Under the pieces are notes generated by a model. The model saw only the letters and a program-made list of their open reading frames with translations, searched no databases and was not told where the DNA came from. DNA of 51,814 nucleotides, the filler included, from Basidioascus undulatus (Eukaryota), in assembly GCA_000826855.1 (NCBI GenBank). It is 3 parts of 3 records of this genome, joined end to end, with 100 filler letters (N's around TTAATTAATTAA, not from the genome) between each part and the next. Parts side by side here need not be neighbours in the genome. Positions count along the whole stretch, not along the records: positions 17,339 to 34,538 come from JTLS01000545.1; 2 more parts are not named here. The stretch is one strand, 5' to 3'. Below, piece after piece: positions 17,339-30,800 of this stretch. Positions within the stretch are counted from its first letter, which is position 1. Each line of letters begins with the position of its first letter. A program made the position numbers and the translations under genes.

Positions 17339-18674
17339 GCCCGAGGAGGCGCAGCATCGAGGGGCGGGGGGGGATTTTGGGGGGGTGGAGGGGTGAAACG
17401 CTTGAACTGCGTGCGTGTTTCGTTCGGCGATCAACAACAACGAAGCAGCGTAACAGCACCCACAAAGGAAGGACGTACACACGTGCTCTGCGTCAGCTCG
17501 AACTCCAGCACTTCACCAGTCCGCACCCATCTCTCCCCCAACCCCCGCTCTCGCACCCCGGCAGCAGCACAGTCTCCTCCTGGCCATCGCGCCGCTCGCT
17601 CAGAACGACGAAGTACTTGACCGACGCTGAGCGCTCCAGCCGGTCGAAGGGTATGAGCGAGCGTGTGCGGACGTGCGTGGCTACGCTGAGGTATGTCGAT
17701 CCACGCGGGTTACGGGGGAGGGGGAGGTGGAGGAGCTCCCCGAAAGTCGGACGGGTCGACGGTGCGGTCGGAGAGGGTCAGCCACGAAGACAGCATCGGT
17801 TGGGGCGGGTGAGGTGAGTGTTCTGCGAGCGAGGATGGGTCCATCGAAGTGGCTCGAAAAGCGAGGTTGGGTGAGTAGGATGAGGAGGATTGGGAAGAGA
17901 AGCAGCTGCGCCCGAGGAATGTGAGAAGCGTTTTGTTAGCACCCGTGGATCACGCTCTGAGGTTAATAATGTTTCAGGAAAGGTGCAAAACAAATTGCAA
18001 AGACAGGGTGCTGTGAGGTTGTGGGGGAGGAGAAAACAAGATGAAAGGAAACAAGAAGGTACTTCAAACAAATCCCGCAAGACCCTCCTAAACTCCGAAC
18101 ACCTCGAGCCCGTCGCCAAACTACCTCCTCTTTCCCAAATCCATCATGATGCCCTCCATTCAGCCATTCAGTCGCCATGCGATGTCCTGCTATCTGAATT
18201 ACTCATGAGCTACATACTCAATCCCATCATGCTCGTTCTCAACGCGTTCGATCATGCCTCCTCGAGCATATCGCACTCTCCATCGATCACTCCTCCACAG
18301 CACTTTGCTACTCCGTCCGAGTCGCTGCCTTTCTCTCTTATCGATCGCCTCTAACACATAAATTCCGAGTACTTCTACCTCAAAATCTTCACGATGCGCG
18401 TCTGGAATCCAATACCACGGAAGCCAATCGCCGATCCAACCCTTTCCCCTGACTCGCGACCTTCGAGACGTTCCAGACGGCGTGCCTTGCCCCTTCGTGC
18501 GTCCTCGTCTCTTCTCTGTTTCCCTTCTTCGCTGTTGCCTCAGTCCCGGTTTCTGCACGGCCCGCACAGTCGGACGCGAGGCTTGCTCCTCTCCCTGCTT
18601 CCTCACACTCACACGCACTCATTCTTCTCCCGCTCGCTCACCTTCTTCGCTTATCAGTAACTCCCGCGTGCGGA

Positions 18675-20187
18675 ATGCTGTCCCCACCAACCCACTCCTC
18701 GCCATCGCCGCGGCTCCTCGTACCAGGCGCGGTCGGAGACGCCGTGGTGAGTCTTTCTTCATTCTTGTATGTCCAGCGCCAAGGAGGAGGCGCTGATGCC
18801 CTTGCGCCCCCCCAGCAAAGTCATGTAGGACTTGTCGGACCGCTGCGATCCGGACCATAGCGGTGCGTCACGTCCAGTGATAATATCCATCCCCCAATTT
18901 CAACCGTCTCACCAGCATGTGTTCCCAGAAACCAACCGCTCGATCCGGGACCTACTACATGCGCGCAACAACGCCTGCTATTGTAACATCGTGATGGGCA
19001 ACGTAGCTTCCGCGTGCAGTACGCACCTCTCGTTCTTGACGGGGCTGAGCTGTCGCTGCTACGTCTGCGCGAGCTGACGCGCTCGAGCGGGACAGTGCCA
19101 TGTCAACGCGGGGCGACAAACGATGGGATCGAGTACGGCGCCTACGTCGATGCGGTGCTCGGCCGACAATCTCGACAACAAGACTTGCGCGCGACTCCCA
19201 GACCCTATAAACCACGCCGCTTGCATGCTTCGGCTTACTCCCGCGAGCGTGATATGTTCCCGGTAGAGTACCTGGACAGCACCGACCTGCGCGAGCGCAT
19301 CCCGCTCTGGGCATACATGGACAACACGGACCTGGATTGGTACGCGCATTGCGCAGATGGATGTATTCTGGGGCTCGCTGGCTAACGCGTGGGTATTGGG
19401 CAGGAACTACCGCGAGGCGCGAGCGAATGCGTGAGTTGCTCTCCCTTTGGTCGACCCTTGTGCGTAGTGACCAGGCATGCAGATTGCTGAAGCCCCGTTT
19501 CCCCGCCTTCAGGACGGCCGTCAACGCTGCGATCAGCTCGAGCTCCATCGCCGCCGCCAGCTCTCGTATGGCCACTTCTACTTCGGCTTCCTCCTCGCCA
19601 TCGCCAGTCATCGACCCCTCGCCCTCCCCCTCTTCTGAGGACGTCGGCGCCCTCGCCGGTGGGATCATCGGCGGCGCAGTCGCCGTCGTCCTTATCGCTG
19701 CCTTCCTCTTCTTCTACCGCCAGCACCGACGCGACGAGTCGTCCATTACCGTGAGGGGCGCGGCGTTCGACGAGCCTGGCATGCTCTATACGAGGATGAT
19801 GCTCCTACGCCGGCGACCGACGCCCTGGCTCCGCCCTCTAACGACGTCGCGCCGCCGGCCAGCCAGACCGAAATACACTACGTCGGCACGGTCGACGACG
19901 GCAGGACGCCGCTGTACGCTCCGCGTCTGTCCTGGCCTACCGGGGCGGTGGCTGGCGCGCCCTCAGCGAGCGCGGGCCACGCCGAAGTCAAGGGTGCTGA
20001 GGACAACGGAGATGAGTCTTCTGGCGCGGAGGTCGCCCACACTGCGCCTCCGGCTTACCAGCCCGTGCGCCGATGTGGGGTTTCTTTTTTCGGCATTGGG
20101 TGGGACGACTTTGGCGGAGGGGTGGGAGTCTTTGGACATTGTTCCTTCGGTGTTTCGGCTCGTTGCATTTCCTTTACCGGTATTTAG
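18675..20187 (+). pseudogene. Degenerate single-pass cell-surface protein (Cys-rich ectodomain, Ser/Pro stalk, TM, PPxY tail)
   Basis: ACYCNIVMGNVASAC..CQ and IPLWAYMD ectodomain; Ser-rich stalk; TM VGALAGGIIGGAVAVVLIAAFLFFY-RQHRR. The cytoplasmic tail with PPAY lies in a different frame (shift near 19785). Further apparent frame breaks occur in the signal peptide and first exons. Confidence 0.6.
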
Positions 20188-20549
20188 TCAACCTTATTAT
20201 TTTATTGTTGGTATATCCTGGTGTATTCGAAATTGTAACAGTCATCACTGGCCGTGTTTGTCGTTGCGCGTGCTCCGATTGCCTTTGATACTTTCTGGCG
20301 CTGTTGACGTGACGCACTCAGCCAGGCATTTGAGGGTGTAGCATTAATGTTTGGCGCTACTGATTCACCGTCACGCCGACACCTTTTGGTGCGAGGGATG
20401 TCGGGTAAAGTCCGTTCCAACGGATCTTCGAACCCGCAGTCGTTATCCCTCCTCACCTTCGTCCGTCCTATGTGGGCTGCTGTTTCTGCCCGCGTGGTCC
20501 GTGTTCAATAACAAGCGGTGGCAGATACCGCTTCCTCAAGAGCAGCTTG

Positions 20550-23400
20550 GCAGGGAAGACGTCAAAAGACAGCCAGACATCAAGTTCTGCGATGAACGCT
20601 TCGCGAGAAAGGCACAAGTGGTGTTGAATACCCATCTCGTGGGTTGATAATGAGAGGAAGTTTCCCGCGAACACCTTTTAAAGTCCTTTCATGGGTTCCA
20701 GGGGCTTGCATGGCTGGAAGAATGGATCCCGCGGGCTTCCGATCTAATAGAGCGTGCGTGAGCTCCGTCGATGCAGACGCCTCATGGCCCACCTCCATGA
20801 GAATATCCCCAAGTCGAACTTTATAAGCTGCTCTCATGCACTCGTTACTGTATTTCAAGTGCGGGCGTCTCTTGATATCTTGCAGGAATGGACGCTCACG
20901 GCGCAGAAGATGGTCGCGCAGACTCAATGCCTACAAGGCAGGTATGCTCTTTCGAGTGCTCTTTCGTAACCATAAGACAGTCAGAAGCCAGGCACCTTTA
21001 ATTTTCGGTCGTAATACGCCGAAGTAGCTGAAATGTGATCTTGTTTTGCTGTCATCAAAGGGAAGTCACCAGCGATCGCTCAAAGTTGGCAGACGCTGCC
21101 GTGAGAGTTGAGAGTCAAATTGAGCATCAGGTACGGCGGCTATTCGAACATGGGCAAGATACTGGAGCTAGAGAAATGGTTAGCATCTCGTGTAGGTTAG
21201 AAGGCCAAAACAAGTTAAGCACCCGTAAACGTCGTTGAGGAGGGTGGCTAACGTCGCGTTGGCGTCCGCGTCGTTCGAGGGTTCCTCTGCGGAAGGGAGG
21301 ACCTGGTTTGAATCATTCGCCTGAGTTCAGTCTTGACTGTCTATCCAGTAGGAGTGCAGCGCGCACGGTTCCGAGGAACTGGTTGTATTTCAGACTCTCA
21401 AACGAGGCGGCGAGCATCGGTCGCCCACTGTCGTGCGGAAAGCAATGATCGGAAAGCAATGAGTAAATATTCACACAAGAGGAAGCTGCGTCGCTGTACT
21501 GACCGCAGGGATGCTGTGGAAGTTGATTTGGTTAAATTGAGGGCATACTTTCCTGTACCCTACCAGAAGGGGGAAACGTACTGTAGGATGGTCTCAGACC
21601 CATGCTCTGATGGGGTAGATGTGCTCGTCGGGCATGAGAGGAGGTTGTCTGCGTTGCTTCCTGTACACCATTGCGGAAGTTAGAGTTCGCCTTATCCATG
21701 CTAAAAGGCCGCATGAAACGCACGAAGTAGTCGCGTCAAAGCAAATCAATTCTAGGGACGGCGGTCAGCATTCTGCTGACGGATGTCAATCTCGGACGAG
21801 ACATACGATACCATAATCGCTCGCGATTCTACAGAAAATGAGAAGTCCGTATTAGCGTTATGTTATGCTTATATAGCTTCATCCCCATAATGAAGACCGC
21901 GACTCACCAGAATCTCTCGCGCAGCAAACTCGTCCGGTGGAGAGGCCGAAGGTGTGGGCGGTGAAGGTTGAGTTCGTACGCCAGGCCGACTGCCAGTCCA
22001 AACTTTCTCCATGCACTCCCGTCCTCGGCTCCTTCCAGAACATCATGATTAGTAAGGCTTGTAGACACTCCGCGGAGGCGGCGGCATCGAACAGCGCTTC
22101 GGCGAGCAGCCCCCGCCCGAGCGCGAGGCAGGCGCCGTAAGACCCAGGTCGAAAGAAACGTGAAGAGGTCGCTAGAATGGCCGTGAAGAGGAACCGGGAT
22201 CGGGCCAGTGTCCGCTCCGGAGTATGGAGACCAGGGTCCAGCACTGCAACGAGAGGGTTCATGTGCTTGTGGAAGCTGTTCCGGAAGGCGACATTGCGAG
22301 TGTAGGGAAGCGAGCAAGGGATCAGCACGTGGTTCGTGGTTCGTTGTTTCCTAGATTGCACCGGAAATATACAGAAGAAAAAGCACGCACGCAGAGAAGA
22401 GAGTATCCACATCTTCGTTTGCAATGAGTCCCTGTGAGACAGGATCCCGCGCCTGGAACCGTGCTTGGCCGTCGGAAGAGCTTTGGCCGGGGACGCTCCT
22501 GGGAGATAGTCGCAAGCGCTCCGAGTGCTCCTGACCCTGCACTAGGCTCCAGGAGCTCTCAGAAGCGGCAGATGGCGAACCACTGCTGGGAACACTGATA
22601 AGAGTGTTCAGCAAAGAAGTGAAAGAGCCGCGACATGAAATGCGACCAGCTACCGTGCAGCGGGCGAATCGGTATGGGCGATGACTGAGTCTACAGAAGA
22701 TACCAGATTTACTCCGAATGGGTGCATTACGTTCAACAGAGAATGTCTGAGCGTACATGGAGAGAGGGTAGCCTGCTCGTCGGGGCTTCCGCTCGCGGCG
22801 TCCGGTTGCTGTCCGGAAGGACCGGGGGAGAGTACATTCTTCGGCGAACGAGACAGGTCTGTAGTGGATCAAGGACAATGTCAGGGAAATTAAAATACTA
22901 GCGCTGTAAATCTTACCCTTTGATGGGCAGGAGGGTCTGCAAAATCGGGTACTCAGTACATGGTCCGGGACAGCAAGGGGTCTGGCAATGAAAAGGCTCA
23001 CGTTGGCCGGACTTTGGGCTTCCTGCCTTTTTTTTTTCCGCGTAAACGCACTCAAGGGACATCCGCGAGCACCATACGCAATGACCCTCCCGCGAAGGCT
23101 GTAGATTGAAGCAGCGAACCTGTTCAGTCCCATCCCAATTGACCAACCGCAAGTCGACGGTGAGCCTGTGGAGACTCCCTGTTTCCCGCTCATGCTGTTA
23201 CTTACCTTCCGGGCGCGGCAAGCTGTGCATAGGTAAAAGTGAATATTGTGAGTGCCGAAAGCTGTCTACAAGAAACACACAGAATCCGAGGGGAGTTGAG
23301 AAGAAGTTGTGGCGACTCACGCGGGCGGTCAGTCGTTCACTGGCGGCGTAGCTTGCTGTAGATCGGAGGCCGCTGGAGTCGTACTAGATTTTCAGGCCAT
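20550..23400 (-). pseudogene. Zn(II)2Cys6 fungal transcription factor with frameshifts
   Basis: Binuclear cluster C-x2-C-RARK/VR-C-FNLQPSREGH-C-VW-C-SRMSLE-C across an intron (23050-23230). Middle homology region DPVSQGLI...FHKHMNPLVAVLDPGLHT...SRFLFTAILA...FWKEP continues as EDGSAWRKFGLAVGLAYELNLH only after a frameshift (~22025), and as PDEFAAREIL after another (~21940). Ends are approximate. Confidence 0.78.
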
Positions 23401-23489
23401 GCTGGATGTCGGAGGTACGATTGATCAAGGTCATGATTGAGGCAGGTCAGTCAAGCGAAAGTCAGTCAAGCAAAGAGAATTGCACGAAG

Positions 23490-23782
23490 TTCGCTCAATC
23501 TGGACTGATGAGCGCCTTCGGGTGCACCGCGTGAAAGGTCTGCGTATCGCGGGTATGTCAATTTCCCTTGGTAAAGACCAGTCCGGTGTATTTGGACAAG
23601 AGTTACCGGAAGGGGTGTCGTGGTTGTGTACGTTGGCACTGACGCATTGTCCATCGCCAGACCTTTTCGTCCTCCCTCGTCTCACCACCGGGCACCCACA
23701 ACATCCCACGTACGCCATTGGAGGAAAAGCGGCCTTTATGATCTACGGGGACAACGGGGCGAAGCTTGTTCTCGACCTCTAG
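23490..23782 (+). pseudogene. C-terminal remnant of a GMC oxidoreductase
   Basis: DERLRVHRVKGLRIAGMSI ... TGHPQHPTYAIGGKAAFMI matches the GMC C-terminal signature (D..LRV.GV.GLRV.DASI...GHP..P.YAIAEKAADMI) with degenerate substitutions. No N-terminal FAD-binding part is visible upstream. Confidence 0.75.
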
Positions 23783-24110
23783 CTCGAGGTCTAGCTCGTT
23801 CCTTCCCTTTGGTGTTTCCCCGGCCTGTAAAACTTTCACCGTCGGCTCCATGGTCCTCGCAATCTGAAAAGTACCGTCATATCAAGGTTACTTTTCCTGT
23901 ATCTTGCTTCGCTCTTTCCGGTTTTCTGCGATTGTCTTGAACCGGAGAAGCCGCGGCCAGTGCTGCTTAGAATCCCACTGTGTAACTTCATCACATGCTG
24001 ACGCCGCTTCCTTCTCGCTCGTGCCGCCGGCGCAGAGGTTTTGATATGAATGCATATGAGTTCCATACCGCCCGCTTGTACCACACACGAGTTAAGAAGA
24101 TCTCGGGTGC

Positions 24111-25187
24111 TTAGAGCATCGCCGGGATCTCGATGCCTCGATAGTCCAGGTCTTGCCGACATCCGACGTCGTGATGACGGAGGCAACGACGCCGCTGCCC
24201 TTGCCCAGGGTCGAACCGAAGCTGGAGTCGGCCTCCAGGAGGGTAATGATGTTGTCGGTGTAGACCTATTGCCCCCCGAACGCTCGTATTTAGTGGCACT
24301 GCGCCGCTCGAAGAGGAACATCTACGTACCTGCTTGGAGGTCGTGCCCTTGCAGTTCGACTGGCACTCGGTGCCCGTGCCCCAGCCACCGTTGTAGAGAG
24401 GCCCAATCCGCTGAAATGAGGAGGTATATCGACTCCGCATATTAGCTTCCAGCGATAGGAGGTCTTTAGTCAAAGTGTAAGACCCGCACAGCTGGAAAGC
24501 TTAGAGATGGTTTTGCCGTTGAGCCTGACGGTCTGCTTCCAGGTTACATTGTCGTCGTCCGGCTGCCGAAAGTATCCACCAGGCCTCTTTCTGAAATTGT
24601 ATTCTGCTCGGAATGCACACCTTGTAGTGGATCGTAATGGCATCGTCTCCTTTGACGGGAGTCATGTCTCCGTTGGATGGTCAGTGCTGACAGGCGGCAT
24701 CAGGAAACATAAAGGAGGAAAGCACCCGAAGTGGCTGGCCATGTACACCACTGGTTCGAAGCGGCGCCGCAGCTGACAAGGAGGCGCGTTGGTCGTAGTC
24801 ACCAATGCAGCACAGCGTGAAGACGCACTAGCCCTTGTTGTCGGTCAGCTGGTCGACACTGGACTGAATCAGGCCCCTGGTGCTGTTGCTGATACCTGAA
24901 ATACATCGGGAACTAGCGCTTGCAAGACCAAAGCACATTTATGATTGGAGCAGTACCAGGCCACAAGAACAGGGCACTGGGAGCTCAGTCCGCCGGCTTT
25001 ACAGCGTGTACAGGTAGGCCACCACTTACTCCTGAGCGTCCGAAGGAGGGTCACCGGGAGTGAGCGTGGTGACCGACTCGATGATGGCAGACTTGGTTGG
25101 GCCAAGGGAGTACGCGGGTCCCCAAGAGTCGGCCTGGGCGGCCAGCGCCGACCAAAGGGGGAGACCGAGGGACAGGAGGGAAGACAT
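24111..25187 (-). pseudogene. Small secreted fungal protein of unknown function (probably beta-rich), frameshifted
   Basis: Signal peptide MSSLLSLGLPLWSALAAQA followed by DSWGPAYSLGPTKSAIIESVTTLTPG, LFLWPGISNST..LIQS, CGAASNQWC, GWGTGTECQSNC, ADSSFGSTL...GKTWTI. Frame breaks at ~24745 (WC/MASHF) and ~24137 (TI/IEIPAML*). Confidence 0.7.
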
Positions 25188-26176
25188 GTCAGACTAGATG
25201 TGGGAGATGCAAGCAGCCAGAGGAGCCCTTGGTTTGGGAGGAATGAGAATGGAAGTACTATATCTCCATATTTGCTCGGTGCGTGAGAACGATTAATGCA
25301 GCGCGCAGCCGACGCCGGACGACTCCTTGTTCACTTCAGAGTGGGTATGCTCTCTCTCCTTGTTCATCTCCTGAGCCCAAAATATACTCATATGCACGCA
25401 CAAAGACCAGTCCGCTATTTATTTCCGAACACGGAACATCCGGGAACACCATTTTCCCAAAGTCTAGGTGACATTCTTTAACCTTCTTGAGGGGCTTCCT
25501 CCCTGCGGAATGATTCTGGACAGGCACTGCCGGTGGCACCCGGTAAAGGTGAGGCTTATTGAGGGGGCCATTACTGTACCTGGGCCCTCACTGTACCTCC
25601 TTGTCATTAACTCCTTAAGTATCAAGGGAGAGGTAGGTAATCACTTGCGGTTATTGCGGCAAACGCCTTCCGTTGCTCTGCATGCAGCGCTGCGCTCGCA
25701 ACCAGATCGGAAGAGTAACCACAGCCGTCCGCCCGCATCTTTGCTTCGAGCATCCGCAAACCTCTGCCCGGATGCCACGCTGTGTGGCTGCCTATCATTT
25801 CTACAATGTGCTAGACTTCGGATTGCTCAGTGTGGCCCGGCCGTGATCTTGAACTCGTTGCGAATGTGTTCAAGGTGTGTCGATTGCCGCGCAAGTTTCA
25901 ACCATGAGCACGTTCAACCGCCAGCGGTGCGGCTTGTGGTAGTTCGGCTGATGACCAGAACGAATAGAGGTATTCGTACGACTGAGTACCCGTCTCAGCG
26001 TGGGCCTCCTCTTCGCGTCGTGCTTCGGACGTCCACAGGCTTAGGCCCTTTGCGTCGACTGACAAGGGCGTTCGGCACAAGTACCACAGAAAGAACTCGG
26101 AGCGGAATGAAGACCAAGAGAAGGAAACCTCATGAATGGCAAATACCGCGGCCACCTCTCCTCTCACACCCATGCC

Positions 26177-27137
26177 CTACCCTCCCTTCAGCAGCCCCGC
26201 GCCCGTCACCTCATCCCGCTTACCGTCCGCCACGCCCTCCTTCTCCTTCCCGCCCTCCTCAGCCTTCTTCTCCGGCCCACACCCGCAATCATACGTCTCG
26301 TCAAGCTTGAGGCAATCAAACTCCTCTTTGCCGAGGCGGGCGTTGACGAGGTTGTGGATATGGCAGAGCCAGAAGGAGGCGGACTTGCGGGAGGATGTTT
26401 GGGGAGGGTACTCGCGTAGCATCGCTTGGAAGTGTTCGGCGCATTCGCCGCAGGGGTAGAGGCGCCTGAGGGGGATGCATGTGAGGGTATGGGAGAGGGG
26501 ACAGTGGGTAGCGCGGGGACGAACGAAAAGAGGTGGAAGTATGTTCGGAGGGCCTCGCGCTGTTCTTGTGACGGGTCCTGTGAGGTGCGGGGTCAGGAGA
26601 TGAGGGGTCAGAAGATGGAGAAGGAGGAACGGAAGACGGACATCAGGGAAGCGAAGAGTGATGAGGTGAAGCAGCTTCCACGTTGCTCGACCGAGCTCAG
26701 CTCTGCACAGGCCAGCAGAGATGAGCAATCCTTCCATATGAAGCAAGCGCAGGAGAGCTCACTTCGCCGTTTCGTTGTCCAGCTGCAGCCGATCCACATC
26801 CACACTCCATCAGCACCTCTCCCGCAAAACACCATCGAACGTACGCGCCTTGGGCATGATGACCTCCCCCAACGCCAGCTGCTCCTCCTTCGCGCCTCCC
26901 GAGCCCCCTAACAACCCCCATGCGCGGTTCTCCACCCCGCCTTGAGCGAGCTCGGTCTGAGAGAAGGGGTCGAGGTAGGTGTCTGAAGGAGGGGAGACGA
27001 GGAGATAGAATGCTCCGGCCTGGTCGTGAGTGGGCCTGGATCAGAAATTGGCTGACGGAGGGAGAATACTGCGATTCACGCACGAGGAGGAGGAGGCCGA
27101 CGCAGAGAAAGGTGCGGCTGAAGCGGGAGAGGACCAT
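26177..27137 (-). CDS. ERV2: FAD-linked sulfhydryl oxidase, Erv1/Alr family, ER-type
   Basis: N-terminal hydrophobic anchor, NETAKAELGRATWKLLH, redox YPCGECAEHF, WLCHIHNLVNARLGK, C-terminal YDCGCG shuttle motif diagnostic of Erv2. Confidence 0.93.
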
Positions 27138-27852
27138 GCGAGGGTGGACGAGCACGAGCTCGGGGGTTGAGGGGATTGGGATAGCGGGAGTTAGGAAGAT
27201 GGTGAGGGAGCGAAGGGCGCACGGGAAGGTCGTTGCGGTTCATTAGCGACCGGGTTCTGAAGTCAATACGTCTGTCTGTCCGCGAGAAAGCGCTTGTCAG
27301 CGGCGATCCTGAAACACCGAAAGAGCCTCGTTCATGTTCTACCAATGTTAAAATGCAATGCATACAGAAAAATAAACAATTCATCACCCTCCGAGTGCTG
27401 TTTCTGGTCAGAAAAGGAAAGACCCGGTTGTAATTTTGTTGGGCGACCATCCGGCCCGCCAAGCACCCAAGGTCGGTCGACATTCCACTGCGCGCCGCCC
27501 AGCCGACGCGCCGGGCTTGAGCCCCTTGCTTGACCCGCTTCAGAACGCCCGCCCCATCCCCGACGCCAGCTCCGCGCTACCATCGTCGCCTGCTCTTCTC
27601 TGCCACCCGCCATCGTCCCCTCGCTGGTGTCGGTCGACACCGCTCAGAGGCACACACACTCACGTGCGCTGGGGTTGACGTGAGTCGCGATAATCCTGTT
27701 TTGATATCTCCCCCTGCTCCTCGTGCGCCCTCGCTGCGCGTCCTGACGCGTCCAGTCCTTCCTTGCGGCACCCTCGACGCAGGCCCTGATTTCTAGGATC
27801 CATCCTCCTCTCACATCCTCCTTTCCTTCCCCCTTCCTCCGAACCGCCCACC

Positions 27853-30800
27853 ATGGCGACCCCCCGCCCACGCACGACCTCCTCCAACTCGCTCGCTGCC
27901 TCTCTCCACACCAACCACCACACCGGACCTACCGGTCCGCCCCAGCACAGCCCATATGACTTCTGCAATGCCTTCTGGGGCCCGGGCGACCCCGGCTTCG
28001 ACATCCTCACGTCACGCATGAAGAATGCCCACCGCACGATGGAGGAGCTCCGGCTCTTCTGGAAGGAGCGGTGCGTTTACCGGCAGGGGATTGGACGAAA
28101 TTAAGGCAAGACCTCTGGCTGATGAGTCCTGGGTACGGGGGGACAGAGCCGCTATTGAGGACGAGTATGCGAAGCGGCTGGCCAAGCTCGCTCGGACGCC
28201 GGTCGGGACAGCCGAGACGGGGTAAGTGTCTTTCATTTCGCTACCCACCCATCGACACGAAGCTGAGCGTGGAGATCTGGGACACTCTTGGTGTCTTGTA
28301 CAGCGCGCTCCGCCAAGCGCTCGCGACGCTCACAGGCGAGCTGGACGTCCAGTCGCACACTCATCTCGACCTCGCGAACCACTTCCGCGGCGAGCTGGAG
28401 GCCGCTGCGCTTGAGTGGGTGAACCGGATTGGTTCTTTCCGCAAAAACGTGTGTTTGCTTGAATTATCGAGCGCTTCGCTGCGGGACTCCCAGCTGATGA
28501 GGCTCGGCGCTCGAAACAGACCCAGGCTGCAGTCGAGAAGAGCTACAAGGTGAAGCAGACGCAGGAGTCCTACGTCGAGAAGGTGCGCATGTTTCATCTT
28601 ACCAACAGTCCGCCCTTTTTAAGTCTCCCCCTCTGACCTTGTTTCGTTTTGTGCGATCCTGCAGGCCAAGTCCAAGTACACCGACGCCTGCGTCTCCATC
28701 AACACCTACACGGCACAGGCGCAACTCCTCCAGGGCCGCGAGCTCGAGAAGAACCAGGCAAAGCTTGAGAAGGCCAAGGCCGCCGTGGGCGGGAATGAGC
28801 GCGAGTACGCCAACTTTGTGCGCGCGCTGCAGGACACACGCAAGAAGTGGGAGGGCGAGTGGAAGGCGTTCTGCGATGTGCGTTCCCGTCAGCTCTGGGT
28901 TAGGTGTAAGTGCCGGCGAGAGGAAGGGAGACTGAACAGGCGGGCTGTGCGGGGTGAGCAGCAATGCCAAGATGAGGAGGAGGAGAGGGTCGAGTTCCTC
29001 AGGAACCATGTTTGGGCCTATGCGAATGAGGTCGCTAGGGTGTGCGTCGCCGACGATGAGGTGCGTGTACCTTTGTTTGGACGTTACTCCCTCCTGAATC
29101 TCGCGCTCATCCGGCATTTACCGTTGTGCAGGGATGCGAGAAGGTCCGCAGCGCGCTCGAGAGCGTCTTGCCGGAGGTGGACCTGGAGGCGTTCGTGCAC
29201 GAGTATGGGACTGGATCGCAGATCGCGGGTGAGCGTCTGCTGCATCGACTTTTCGTTACTCAACATGGGCTGACGCTAGGCTGTTTCATCAGAACCGCCC
29301 ATCTTCGTCGACTTCGCACAGCCCGAGAGGCCCGCACACGGCGCGCCGCGCTTCGCAAACTTTCGGCGCAATACGACCCGCCCACTCGCTCCTCCGCCTG
29401 CGCCTGCCCCCGTCCCTCCTCCCGCCTCCGCAAACGCACCCGCCCAAGCGCCCCCAGCTCAAGACCCAGCCCCGCCGGTGCCTGCTCCGGTACCCAAAGC
29501 GAATCCCGCTCCCACCACGTCGCCCGCCCCCGCACCCACCCCAGCTGCTGCGACTCCTTCTCCAGCGCCGGCCCCGGTGCCTGCTCCGGCCCCTGCGCCG
29601 CAGCGCCAGAGCACGTACGGGAGCGCCTCGACCTCCGTGGCATCGGCCGTGACGGCGGCCACTTCCGCATATGCCGCGTCGCCTGTTTCCACTCGACCGA
29701 CTTCCATCGCTTTCTCCGCGACTGCCGCTCCCCAGCCCGTCCAACAAGCTCCTCCTCCCTCGGCACGCCAGCCCTCCCCCGCCCCGTCTGTCCCACGCGC
29801 CACCACGCCCGCCCCCGCTCCGGCTCCGGCTCCAGCGGCTGTGCCCGTCCGCTCGCCCCCAGGCGCAGACGCTGTCGACCCCATCACACTTGCGCCGGGA
29901 GAGAGTATGATTCTCAACATCGGTGGACGGGGCTACGAGGTCGACCCGCACGCGCCTCCCGCACGCTCGACGTCGGCTGCTCCGAATGCTGGAGGCGCTT
30001 CGGGCGGCGTCGACGAGATCGCCGCTGCCCTCGCGCAACTTCGGAGCGAGCCCCCGCCTACTGGCAGCATCCGCGCGAGCGTCGCCAAGGCCGCCGAGGC
30101 GTCGTCGCATGCGCGCGCGGCATCGGGGTCAGGCTCGTCCGGCGGCGGTGCGGCTGGTAGTGGGAGACCGAGGCAAAGCACGATGGACTCGAGCGCAAGC
30201 TTCAGGCCGCCGAGCGTCGCTGGGAGCCTGGTCGCCCCGCCGGCGGGATACACCGCGGCGGAACTGCAGCAGACTCAGCAGGCGCACGCGCAGCGCGCGA
30301 GCAGGATCGGGACGGGCGACTACTACGCCCAGCAGCAGGCGGCGTGGGAGTACCATCAGCAGCAGCAGCAGCAGCAGCAGAGTCGCGCGCCTTCGCCCGG
30401 GCCTGCTGCGTACCAGCGTGCGGCATCGCCCAGCCCAGCGACGTACCAACGTGCGGCCTCGCCAGGCCCGGCGGCGTACCAACGCGCTGCGTCGCCCGGA
30501 CCGAGCTACCAGCGTGCCGCGTCGCCAGGGCCGGGCTACGCTCCGCCGCGCTCGTCAACTAGCTCACCTTTCCCCCAGTACGCTTCGCCGCGCGACAGCA
30601 GACGCCTGTCTAACCCGCACGCGGCGATGATGCAGCCGCCGACAAACACGTCAGCGAGCCCGCTCTCCGTCGAGGAGGTCGTCTCGCAGTACGCGCAGTC
30701 GTTCCCCGGCGAGCGCCGCTCCAACCCGGGCTCACGGCGCGGCTCAGTCGCTTCCGGGATGGACGAGCTCGCGCACTCCCCGTCGCCCGCGCCGAGCGGT

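Noticed and set aside
17490..18480. Possible small gene relics (minus 17493-17790, VKYFVVLSERRDGQEETVLLPGC; plus 17890-18480 with an internal TAA)
   Set aside because: Protein-like, but no family motif, start or consistent splice pattern could be supported.
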